DNA of 64,000 bases, taken from positions 167,086-231,085 of the IMG/VR virus record IMGVR_UViG_3300050343_000191; one strand, given 5' to 3'. The translations under genes and the position numbers were made by a program. Below are positions 39,186 through 46,904 of the stretch, one piece after another. The first letter of the stretch is position 1, and every line of letters begins with the position of its first letter. The notes under the pieces are model-generated. The model was not told the origin of the DNA and ran no database searches. It saw only the letters and a program-made list of their open reading frames with translations.

Positions 39186-39821
39186 TTAGATCCACTCAAG
39201 TGCTTCTGCACAGGTGGGAAATTGTTCAATAAAGATCTTTTTACAACCTTCTGCAAGATCCATATGCTCTTTCTGAGTACCGTTAGCAGTTCTCAGATTT
39301 ATGTAATGGATCCACGACCTACATGAGCCCGACATATAGATTTTGGTGGGTGTGGCGAGTGGGAGCACAAAACGAGCACACTCTTTTGCAATCGATGCAT
39401 CAAGCATCTCTTTGTATAGTTTCATTCCTTCTTCAAAATGTTTTTGCATTTTGATTTGGAATTCTTGATGAGTAAACGCATCAATATCATCAATAGAATT
39501 CTGACGATTCTTAGTGTCTTGTCTCCGAAGTTCTGGAAGAGGAATTGTATCCGCAAGCATAGAACTATCAGCATACCGTTGAGAAAATTCTTGATATGTG
39601 AAAGATCTATGGCGGAGCACTTGAGCTGCCACACCTCTAGTAGTTTCCAATTCAAGAGTCATAAATGCCTGCTCAAACACTGACCAGTGGTTGTGCTTGA
39701 TGCAGTATCCTAGCAATTTTGCATAATTTGGATTCTCTTGATTGTTAGGGTTTGACACACGAGCAACGTATGCCATCATTTTCTCCGCATCGGGAGTTAC
39801 ACTAATCAGTTTTACACTCAT
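39186..39821 (-). CDS. thyX: Flavin-dependent thymidylate synthase
   Basis: HWSVFE and the ThyX motif RHRSFTYQEFSQRY. Confidence 0.95.
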   Translation of the reverse strand: MSVKLISVTPDAEKMMAYVARVSNPNNQENPNYAKLLGYCIKHNHWSVFEQAFMTLELETTRGVAAQVLRHRSFTYQEFSQRYADSSMLADTIPLPELRRQDTKNRQNSIDDIDAFTHQEFQIKMQKHFEEGMKLYKEMLDASIAKECARFVLPLATPTKIYMSGSCRSWIHYINLRTANGTQKEHMDLAEGCKKIFIEQFPTCAEALEWI

Positions 39822-39988
39822 TTAAATCCTTTTGATACTTTTTTCTCTAATACTGCCAATTCTTCCTCAAGATCTCGCAGTTGTTTCTTCATCTCAATCA
39901 GTTTTTCTTCTGTATAAAGATGCTCTTGCTTCACTAGTCTGCGAAGCAGTTTCATATACTTTCTTGCCCTATCAGTCGGGATACCCAT
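39818..39988 (-). CDS. Hypothetical coiled-coil protein
   Basis: 56 aa from MGIPTDRARK; 4-nt overlap with thyX. Confidence 0.55.
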   Translation of the reverse strand: MGIPTDRARKYMKLLRRLVKQEHLYTEEKLIEMKKQLRDLEEELAVLEKKVSKGFK

Positions 39989-40151
39989 CGTCATCGTTAA
40001 AAACCTCGTCGTAATCGCCGTAATGTGCAGGATCATCGAAATTCTCTCGCTTATCTGTATAAGCATTCGGATCCGAATACACCTCTGCCTTTAACCCATC
40101 AACCAAGAGTTCCAAGTTACGGACGATGAGTTTCAATCGTTCTTTGTCCAT
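39972..40151 (-). CDS. Hypothetical protein
   Basis: MDKERLKLIVRNLELLVDGLKAEVYSD; extended -10 TGTGCTATAAT at 40173-40183. Confidence 0.65.
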   Translation of the reverse strand: MDKERLKLIVRNLELLVDGLKAEVYSDPNAYTDKRENFDDPAHYGDYDEVFNDDDGYPD

Positions 40152-40182
40152 AATAGTGTGTACACTGCAAGTATTATAGCAC

Positions 40183-40210
40183 AAAAAAAGGGGGAGGTTT
40201 CCCCCCCCCG
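40183..40210 (-). terminator. Intrinsic terminator
   Basis: G-rich stem, GAAA loop, C-rich arm and U7 on the minus strand. Confidence 0.7.
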
Positions 40211-40218
40211 ATTTTAAA

Positions 40219-40419
40219 TTAATTTGCTAGTAGAATTTTACAAATTCTTTTACATGTTCCTTGGTCCTCTTCGCATTCGATTAAACAGTCAAAATAGTCA
40301 TTTACCAAATCCAATTCTTCGTTAGATTTAGAAAGTACATTTTCGATATGTACCCATTCTGCCAATTGATTACGGGAAATGCGATTATGCATTTTCACCT
40401 CCATAGATTTTAATACCAT
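40219..40419 (-). CDS. Small Cys-motif protein; start probably MHNRISRNQL
   Basis: YFDCLIEC-x5-CKRIC motif. Confidence 0.6.
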   Translation of the reverse strand: MVLKSMEVKMHNRISRNQLAEWVHIENVLSKSNEELDLVNDYFDCLIECEEDQGTCKRICKILLAN

Positions 40420-40514
40420 AAGAAGGAATTACTTCATAGGCTAGCCTTAATTCTATACTATGTAGACTACTTTGTGTTAATTCACTAACATTTGTTAATT
40501 CGTTACTTAAAGAC

Positions 40515-40543
40515 AAAAAAAGAGAGGGTTATAAACCCTCTCT
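40515..40543 (-). terminator. Intrinsic terminator ending the riboswitch unit
   Basis: AGAGAGGGTT-TAT-AACCCTCTCT 10-bp stem followed by a U6 tract. Confidence 0.85.
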
Positions 40544-40561
40544 GTAATGTAAGTTAATGAA

Positions 40562-40729
40562 TCACTTAGTATAAGTACGACCACGATAGCAGAATGTACC
40601 GTGCGACTCTTTACTTTCTACACAACGAGTATCATACTCAACACCACGATATGAGGTGTGGGTAATCTGTGCGTTGTGAAGTGCAGATGCTTTGTTGATC
40701 TGCTGTTTTACCATTTGAAGGGTGTTCAT
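40562..40729 (-). CDS. DUF4278-like 55 aa protein (not in ORF track)
   Basis: MNTLQMVKQQINKASALHNAQITHTSYRGVEYDTRCVESKESHGTFCYRGRTYTK, with two YRG motifs and an AGGAG RBS. Confidence 0.7.
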   Translation of the reverse strand: MNTLQMVKQQINKASALHNAQITHTSYRGVEYDTRCVESKESHGTFCYRGRTYTK

Positions 40730-40764
40730 TGTAGTTACTCCTAAAGTAGTTGGATTTTTAGGTC

Positions 40765-40994
40765 CGTTCCTTTAGTCGTTTGCGTCCCATGGATAGCAAT
40801 CAGGTGTAGATTCCTTTACGGCTTCTATTAGTTCAATCTTAACTTGGTTGTCAAGATTTTTATTATTCCTCATCCGAAACATAATAGCATCGGCATCAGA
40901 ACAACTGAGTGATGAATATAAAAGTAATTCAATCATGGGATGAACGGCTCCGTTCCGCGACTTACTTGCGTCCCACTCAAGAGTGGGATGAACG
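40765..40994 (-). ncRNA. Tandem glutamine-riboswitch-like aptamers (glnA / Downstream-peptide family)
   Basis: Two units of CGTTCA-P2-CGCAA...GGAACGG: 40951-40994 with an 8-bp P2, and 40765-40946 with a 7-bp P2 TCCCATG/CATGGGA enclosing a long loop. Confidence 0.7.
40772..40936 (-). CDS. 54 aa ORF nested in the second aptamer (not in ORF track)
   Basis: MIELLLYSSLSCSDADAIMFRMRNNKNLDNQVKIELIEAVKESTPDCYPWDAND; GGAG 11 nt upstream. Confidence 0.6.
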   Translation of the reverse strand: MIELLLYSSLSCSDADAIMFRMRNNKNLDNQVKIELIEAVKESTPDCYPWDAND

Positions 40995-41003
40995 TCAGGT
41001 CTT

Positions 41004-41032
41004 ATTATAGACCTTATGCATTATTTAGTCAA
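41004..41032 (-). promoter_or_regulatory. Sigma70-type promoter with an embedded late-promoter motif
   Basis: TTGACT-17 nt-TATAAT; CTAAATA overlaps the -35 element and spacer; first aptamer starts 9 nt after the -10. Confidence 0.8.
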
Positions 41033-41078
41033 GTGTCTCAGTATCAACACAAACATTTTATTTAAAATCCTCACAGAC

Positions 41079-41112
41079 AAAAAAATTGCCGGAAAAATTT
41101 ACCGACAATTTT
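41079..41112 (-). terminator. Intrinsic terminator
   Basis: AAATTGTCGG...CCGGCAATTT stem followed by a U run. Confidence 0.65.
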
Positions 41113-41116
41113 GAAA

Positions 41117-41500
41117 TTATTTTTTCTTTTTGATTTTAGGGGGCGGTGCTCCCCATAACTTAGGATTATGTGTGCCCAGACCGTAATCAATACCCTTCAA
41201 CCCATCACGAAACTTATCCCAGTACATATTAAAAATACTTACTGCTTTTGCACCTCGTGTAAGATCATATCGCACTTGACCATCAACAGTATATGTAACA
41301 ATATTAGCGTCATTTGGGCAATCCTTTGTTCTCACTTGCTCCAAAGTACCATTATCAATCATAATTTCCACCCCATACTTTTTTTTGGAGTTTTCTTTTT
41401 CTGATTGTGTCCAAGAATTCATAGGTTTCTTTTCGTTATCGTTATCGGTATCTGTTGACACCTCTGTGAGTTCCTTTATCATTATGAGCGATTTCCCCAA
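41117..41500 (-). CDS. Hypothetical protein; start uncertain
   Basis: ORF with basic C-terminus KLWGAPPPKIKKKK. Confidence 0.6.
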   Translation of the reverse strand: MGKSLIMIKELTEVSTDTDNDNEKKPMNSWTQSEKENSKKKYGVEIMIDNGTLEQVRTKDCPNDANIVTYTVDGQVRYDLTRGAKAVSIFNMYWDKFRDGLKGIDYGLGTHNPKLWGAPPPKIKKKK

Positions 41501-42117
41501 TTAATATCAGGATATGCTTCAGATACAATGTCTTTTGGAATCTTATATTTTGTTTCAAGTTGTTTATCTTTGATTAGACAAACAATCTGTGCTTCCAATG
41601 GATGAAGACCAGAGAGAATATTAATAAACATAGTTTCTCTACGAAGGTTACTTAAACCATCGTTGCCACCTTTTACAAAATTATAAAACTTTTGATATTC
41701 TTTTCTGAGTGAGGTTTGACCTTGATCCTGAGACCCAAGAGATTTGGATCCAAGTTCACCCATTTTAGATACAGCATCATCAATCTTTTCAGTGAGAGTT
41801 CCACGAAACCCATCTTCACCATCAAGTGCTGCATAAGGAACATCACCTGGAGGTAATACAGATTGAACTGTATCATCAAAGTTCCAAATAAAAATTGTTT
41901 TTAAGGATGGATGTGCATATTTTTGAAGCACTTCCACTTTCTTTGCTTTACTGCGTTGTTTTCCACAGAGTTCAAAGATCTCAAAAATAAATGGATTTGC
42001 TGGAAGATTGGGAATGGATTGTGGTTCCTTCACAACTTTCAGTGTTGCGGGTTTTCTAGTCCTCGCTGTCGTCGTTTTCTTCGCTGTCGTCATGATAGTT
42101 TTCAAAATTAAATGCAA
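41482..42117 (-). CDS. Conserved T4-like hypothetical protein
   Basis: FIWNFD..V.S.LPPGDVPY and RRETMFINILSGLHP.EA motifs; start probably MTTAKK. Confidence 0.75.
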   Translation of the reverse strand: MHLILKTIMTTAKKTTTARTRKPATLKVVKEPQSIPNLPANPFIFEIFELCGKQRSKAKKVEVLQKYAHPSLKTIFIWNFDDTVQSVLPPGDVPYAALDGEDGFRGTLTEKIDDAVSKMGELGSKSLGSQDQGQTSLRKEYQKFYNFVKGGNDGLSNLRRETMFINILSGLHPLEAQIVCLIKDKQLETKYKIPKDIVSEAYPDINWGNRS

Positions 42118-42286
42118 TTACCTCATCAGGAATCAAGTTTCCTTGATTATCAAACATTTCGGGGTGAGGTCTAGGTACTTCCCGATAGTTCATCATATAT
42201 TCTCTAGCAGTCCAACCTCCAATTAGTCCCACTAAAAGAAACAAGATGGTTAAGAATGAACCTAAGACTAAACTTACTGCTAACAT
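42056..42286 (-). CDS. Hypothetical membrane protein
   Basis: N-terminal TM helix; PHPEMFDNQGNLIPDEVIA. Confidence 0.65.
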   Translation of the reverse strand: MLAVSLVLGSFLTILFLLVGLIGGWTAREYMMNYREVPRPHPEMFDNQGNLIPDEVIAFNFENYHDDSEENDDSED

Positions 42287-42304
42287 TTTTCTTACCTCTG
42301 GGAA

Positions 42305-42637
42305 CTAATTTTTCTTCCTTGCCGTTAAGGAAAACTCAAAGTAGATAGTTACTTCCCTATTGAAAAAGGAAACCATCTGATCAAATATAATATGAAATGG
42401 TTTTTTCTGCTTCTTCCCCCCGTTAAGAATAAGTTCAACTCCGCGATTCACCTCACGGATGGTAGTTTTATTTATGTCTCGATTAGATAACTTTTTCTTC
42501 TCTGAGAAACTGAATGGTGTCACTACATCCTCCCAACTTTTGATCATCACAAAGAACTTGTGGAAAGGTTGAACCATTTCCAAATTTACCATAGAATTCT
42601 TCTCGCGTAAAGTCTCTGTCAAGTTTATACTCAACAA
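42305..42637 (-). CDS. Hypothetical protein; probably only the 3' half is coding
   Basis: NRGVELIL...FFNREVTIYFEFSL; the 5' part overlaps glutaredoxin. Confidence 0.45.
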   Translation of the reverse strand: MLSINLTETLREKNSMVNLEMVQPFHKFFVMIKSWEDVVTPFSFSEKKKLSNRDINKTTIREVNRGVELILNGGKKQKKPFHIIFDQMVSFFNREVTIYFEFSLTARKKN

Positions 42638-42719
42638 ATCTCTTACCAGTCATCTCTAGGACTGTCATTATTTTAGTGCAGAAAGGGCAACCTGCCTTTG
42701 AATATACTAAAAAATTCAT
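42483..42719 (-). CDS. nrdC: Glutaredoxin
   Basis: CPFC, TFPQV, LGGCSD; extended -10 TGTGCTATAAT at 42742-42752. Confidence 0.88.
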   Translation of the reverse strand: MNFLVYSKAGCPFCTKIMTVLEMTGKRFVEYKLDRDFTREEFYGKFGNGSTFPQVLCDDQKLGGCSDTIQFLREEKVI

Positions 42720-42774
42720 ATCAAATTAGTTACACTCGACTATTATAGCACAACTTACTAGAAATTAAATTTAT

Positions 42775-43134
42775 CTACGCAAGAAAATCTCTAACTTCTT
42801 GTTTACGTCTTTCCAATTCATTAGTATCTAATGTTTGCTTTGGACTAGCATTTTTTATATCCTGAATATTTGATTTCCAGGCATCAACACCTTGATGGAA
42901 GATCTGATCAAGTTGTTCAGATATTGGTGGGTATTGACGTTGCTGTTTATACGCAAATACTTCTTGATTATAATACTGCTCAACAGATGCTAGAGCAAGA
43001 TCTAATTGATTGGGTTTGGATCCTAATCTTTCGTCCCAACTCAAAGTAGAGTAATCGAATGGGTTGGAATAACTCCACCCATTTTCTTCGGGACCAAATA
43101 AATTAAATGTGGGTGTTGCGTAATCTATATTCAT
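42775..43134 (-). CDS. Tail-fibre-associated small protein
   Basis: RQYPPISEQLDQIFHQGVDAWKSNIQDIK motif typical of fibre accessory proteins. Confidence 0.55.
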   Translation of the reverse strand: MNIDYATPTFNLFGPEENGWSYSNPFDYSTLSWDERLGSKPNQLDLALASVEQYYNQEVFAYKQQRQYPPISEQLDQIFHQGVDAWKSNIQDIKNASPKQTLDTNELERRKQEVRDFLA

Positions 43135-43139
43135 TTTAA

Positions 43140-44753
43140 TTAGTTGGTAAAACTTCCTGTTTGACTGACTTCATTTGTAGTAGTACCGGTAAAAGTAACA
43201 CTATATTTCCTTACAAAACTATTATTATAAAGATCAAGTCCTTTATTACAGTTAAGGAGTGAAACTCCATTTAGCATTGCGCTTCCACCTGTTTCAGCGC
43301 CATAATGATTTAGACCAAGTCTAATTCCAGTATTAAAATTATTTACATTCCACTGACCAGTTAAAATTGACCCATTGACAATTGCTACAGCAGCCTGACC
43401 AAATTGTGCTCCAGTCTTAGTAATACTGCGAGTACCGTCAATGTAAGAATTATATGCAACAATTACAGCACCCAATCCGCTAGACGCTGTGCTGGCAATA
43501 GTAACATCCATTTCATCAGTAAATCCTGAACACATATTATATTGTACGCGATACGACCAACCACCAGTAGCAGTTATATTCATATCACACGAAGTATATA
43601 TCTTAGATCTATTACAATTAGTAAAAATAAGATTTCCACCAGAAGCGTCACAAATGAAATTTATATTCTGAAATCTAAGTCCATCGATGCTTTCAAAATT
43701 AAGAGTTGATCTTAAATATACATCAATTTGAGAACCAGACTCTGATTTAATATCGACTGCTGGACCATACTGCCAATTTCCACCAGAACCACCACCTCTA
43801 CAATAATGTGTAGTATCAACTGTATATGATGTTCCCTTAATCAATATTCTGGGAGCGTGATTGAAGGAGTAAACCCTTGGTATATGATACCATGCTTTAT
43901 TAAGAGTTCTGTATGGATTAGAAGTTGTTCCATCACCAGTAGAATCATTGCCCGAATCTGAAACATAAACGGTAGGTGTATTTTCACCAGAAGAAATTAG
44001 ACATAAATCAGTACCATTTGTCTGCCAATGACCTGTTTGATTAGCCTGAATTAAATCACCATCAGCATCTATACGAAGTGCTTCACTACCAGCAGTCTCT
44101 ACCGCAAATGTATCAGCAGCAGGGAATCTAATTGCGGTGTTAGTGTCACCAGTGTGAATAATCTTATCTGCTATTGATACGTCACCAGCAAAAGAGACAC
44201 TACCGTCTGAATTGATTTTGCTCGTTTGAGTGCCAGAACTATTTACACCTTGCCATAGTCCACCATTGCCGCTGTTTTTGGCATAAAGAGTAGGAAATGC
44301 ACTGTTGTTATAAAGACGAGAAGCATACGAGGTAGTTGCACTAACTCCACCATCAACTGTGCCTCCCCAAATTGTGCCACCAGAAGTTATATTACCATCA
44401 ACCGCTAAACTATCAACAGCAGTAACAGCGGTATCAATAGTTGTGGTAGTTCCGTTTACGGTTAGATTACCACTTAACGTAAGGTCAGAACCAGTAGCAC
44501 CTGATCCCAAAGCACCAGCAGTAGTTGCTGTTGTAGCAGAAGTAGCAGTATCAGCATTACCAGTTACATTACCAGTTACGTTACCAGTTACGTTACCAGT
44601 TACGTTACCAGTTACGTTACCAGTAACAGGTCCACTGAAACCAGTAGCAGTTACAATACCAGTAACAGAGAAACCATCAGCAACACCATTAGGAAACTTA
44701 GGTCCACCAGACCCTACTCTGTTGACTAATTTATCAGCTCTTATTCTGGACAT
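43140..44753 (-). CDS. Fibre protein with a C-terminal beta-helix (pectin-lyase-like) domain
   Basis: MSRIRADK...FPNG anchor, VTGN repeats, VYVSDSGNDSTGDGTTSNPYRTLNKA motif. Confidence 0.7.
   Translation of the reverse strand: MSRIRADKLVNRVGSGGPKFPNGVADGFSVTGIVTATGFSGPVTGNVTGNVTGNVTGNVTGNVTGNADTATSATTATTAGALGSGATGSDLTLSGNLTVNGTTTTIDTAVTAVDSLAVDGNITSGGTIWGGTVDGGVSATTSYASRLYNNSAFPTLYAKNSGNGGLWQGVNSSGTQTSKINSDGSVSFAGDVSIADKIIHTGDTNTAIRFPAADTFAVETAGSEALRIDADGDLIQANQTGHWQTNGTDLCLISSGENTPTVYVSDSGNDSTGDGTTSNPYRTLNKAWYHIPRVYSFNHAPRILIKGTSYTVDTTHYCRGGGSGGNWQYGPAVDIKSESGSQIDVYLRSTLNFESIDGLRFQNINFICDASGGNLIFTNCNRSKIYTSCDMNITATGGWSYRVQYNMCSGFTDEMDVTIASTASSGLGAVIVAYNSYIDGTRSITKTGAQFGQAAVAIVNGSILTGQWNVNNFNTGIRLGLNHYGAETGGSAMLNGVSLLNCNKGLDLYNNSFVRKYSVTFTGTTTNEVSQTGSFTN
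44395..44414. repeat. Invariant 20-nt core, copy 1 of 4
   Basis: CCATCAACCGCTAAACTATC within a roughly 85-nt shared segment. Confidence 0.9.
44557..44628. repeat. Six tandem 12-nt repeats encoding VTGN
   Basis: TTACCAGTTACG x6, with minor variants. Confidence 0.9.
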
Positions 44754-44754
44754 C

Positions 44755-44786
44755 GATTATCTTATGCCTTTATGAAAGTATTTAGT
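44755..44786 (-). promoter_or_regulatory. Late promoter and leader, 32-nt exact duplicate (copy 1)
   Basis: ACTAAATACTTTCATAAAGGCATAAGATAATC, identical at 47950-47981. Confidence 0.8.
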
Positions 44787-44801
44787 GGGGATTATATTAG
44801 A

Positions 44802-45902
44802 TCAGTATTTGATAATAATGACGCCATTACCACCATCTCCACCAACAGCTCCTGATGACCCTGATCCTCCACCGCCAGCACCTCTATTGTCAAGACCAGC
44901 ACCACCAGCGTCAGTGTTTCCTGTTCCACCTACTCCACCAGTTCTATTATTAGTTCCTCCACCTCCATCTGGGTATTCACCACTAGGGTTATATATTCCC
45001 CAAGGTGAGTGAGATCCTGCAGCTCCTCCACCACCAAATGCTCTTCTATAATCATTTGGTTGAGGATTTGGAACACCTAAAAATTTTGTTGGAGTCCCAA
45101 GTGCTGCTCCTAAAGTAGGAATTGCTGGTGTTGGTAAGAATCCACTAGGACAGATAAAATCATCACCTCCAGAAGATGCACGTCCTTGTGGATTTGTATT
45201 TGGAACTTCATTTGATCCAGGTCCACCATCTGGACCGCAACCACCACCGCCACCACCACTTCTACCACCAGAATTATAATCAGTTCCACGTCCACCAGCA
45301 TTACCAAAAATAAATGGACTTGATAATGGGTGAGTCGATGGTGTAGTTACTGTGCCGCCAGCCTGTCTGACAGGAGGACTTGGGTGAAGGGGAGTCATAC
45401 CACCTCCGCCGCCACATCCACCAGATCCACCAGGCATCAATGTCGTATTTGGTTGATTCATCTTACGTCCACGACCACCACCATTTAGGACAATGTGTTG
45501 AGGAGTTCCTGGTCCAAATATGGTATTAGATCCATTAGCAGAGTTATCACTATGTGCTGGACCACCAGTACCACCATTACCAATAGTGATAGAATATGTT
45601 CCAGCATCAAGTTCGAGAATTTCATTAAAGTATAATGCACCAGCACCACCACCGCCGCCGTGCTGAACTCCACCACCACCGCCACCAGCGATCGCTAATA
45701 TTGAAACTGATCCACCGGCAGTAACATTAAAAGTTCCATCTGCAGTAAAAATATGGTATTTTGACCCACTCGCTAATGTTCCATTAACATTACCACCAGA
45801 TGCTTCAACACCTCCACCACCACCTGTCAAGAAACCAAGACCTCCACCAGAACCTTGCAGTCCCAGAAGAGGTGCTTCCTTTTTATTGAATAAATTAAAC
45901 AT
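44802..45902 (-). CDS. Glycine-rich adhesin-like protein
   Basis: MFNLFNKKEAPL N-terminus, YHIFT, IAGGGGGG, ending GNGVIIIKY. Confidence 0.7.
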   Translation of the reverse strand: MFNLFNKKEAPLLGLQGSGGGLGFLTGGGGGVEASGGNVNGTLASGSKYHIFTADGTFNVTAGGSVSILAIAGGGGGGVQHGGGGGAGALYFNEILELDAGTYSITIGNGGTGGPAHSDNSANGSNTIFGPGTPQHIVLNGGGRGRKMNQPNTTLMPGGSGGCGGGGGMTPLHPSPPVRQAGGTVTTPSTHPLSSPFIFGNAGGRGTDYNSGGRSGGGGGGCGPDGGPGSNEVPNTNPQGRASSGGDDFICPSGFLPTPAIPTLGAALGTPTKFLGVPNPQPNDYRRAFGGGGAAGSHSPWGIYNPSGEYPDGGGGTNNRTGGVGGTGNTDAGGAGLDNRGAGGGGSGSSGAVGGDGGNGVIIIKY

Positions 45903-45914
45903 TATATTCTCCTA

Positions 45915-46878
45915 TCAATCGTAGTTGGTTGCAGCACCATAAACTATATAATTATTTGCTGCAGTACCATATTTTTGAAGAGCAAAAGTGTAAACATCAT
46001 AACCAGATGCTCCCGCAGAAGGTGCTGAACCACCTGACCATTTCAATCCACCTGCTGGGGATTGACCATCTATCTGAACTGTTGTAATTTTACCAGCTCC
46101 GCCAGGATCAAGTATGACTGTGAAAGAACAAAACTCATGTTGACTTAATGTTGCATGAACATCAGTAAAGTTGATTGTGAGAGAGGTGCCTGTATCACCA
46201 ACTGCAAAGGCAATAACGTTTCCATTAAATATTGAATGATTTGTATTACTTGCAAGATTTCCCGAAATAGAATTATATTTTTCAGCAAGTCCTGCCTTGA
46301 AGATTGCTGTGCCAGCAGCAGTTATACGAAGTCTTTCTGTATTATTTGTTCCAAATGAAATTGTTCCACCACCTCCTGCTCCTCCCATCCCTGCTCCAAC
46401 GTATGTTGAACGATTTCCAGAGATATCAAATGTTTCAAATCCACCACTAACGTCTGCAATAGTATTTGCATTTGCATCATGTAAATGTATTCTTGGACTA
46501 TTGTCTAAGATCTTAACATCACCAACAACATCAAGTGCATTCTGAGGATTGTCAGATCCAATACCGATCCGACCAGCAGAAGTTATAATATTTCCATCAA
46601 CCGCTAAACTATCTACAGCAGTAACTGCAGTGTCGATAGTGGTTGTAGTACCATTTACAGTCAGGTTGCCGCTGAAAGTTGCATCAGTACCCGTTACAGT
46701 TCCAACAGTAATGTTTGGGAGTACCAGTAATTCCTTGTGCATTAGTAGCAACAGTAGCAGTATTCGCTAAGGTAGCAGTGGTTGCCGTACCAGTTACATT
46801 GCCAGTAAGACCATTAGGAAAGTCAGGAGCACCCGTGCCCGCTCTATCACGAATACTATCAGCTCTAAGTATCGACAT
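45915..46878 (-). pseudogene. Fibre protein with a +1 frameshift near 46716
   Basis: MSILRADSIRDRAGTGAPDFPNG...GITGTP joins PNITVGTV... after removal of one base. Confidence 0.75.
46594..46613. repeat. Invariant 20-nt core, copy 2 of 4
   Basis: CCATCAACCGCTAAACTATC. Confidence 0.9.
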
Positions 46879-46904
46879 TAACTACGACCAACTTTTAATT
46901 ATAT

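Noticed and set aside
38159-39821. Introns, inteins or homing endonucleases in phoH or thyX
   Set aside because: Both ORFs are uninterrupted and of normal length.
40190-40209. G/C homopolymer as a phase-variation tract
   Set aside because: It is intergenic and forms the stem of an intrinsic terminator.
44557-44628. Tandem 12-nt repeats as a possible CRISPR array
   Set aside because: No spacers; they encode in-frame VTGN fibre repeats.
46713-46719. CCCAAAC as a -1 slippery heptamer
   Set aside because: It is in the wrong phase, and the required shift is +1.
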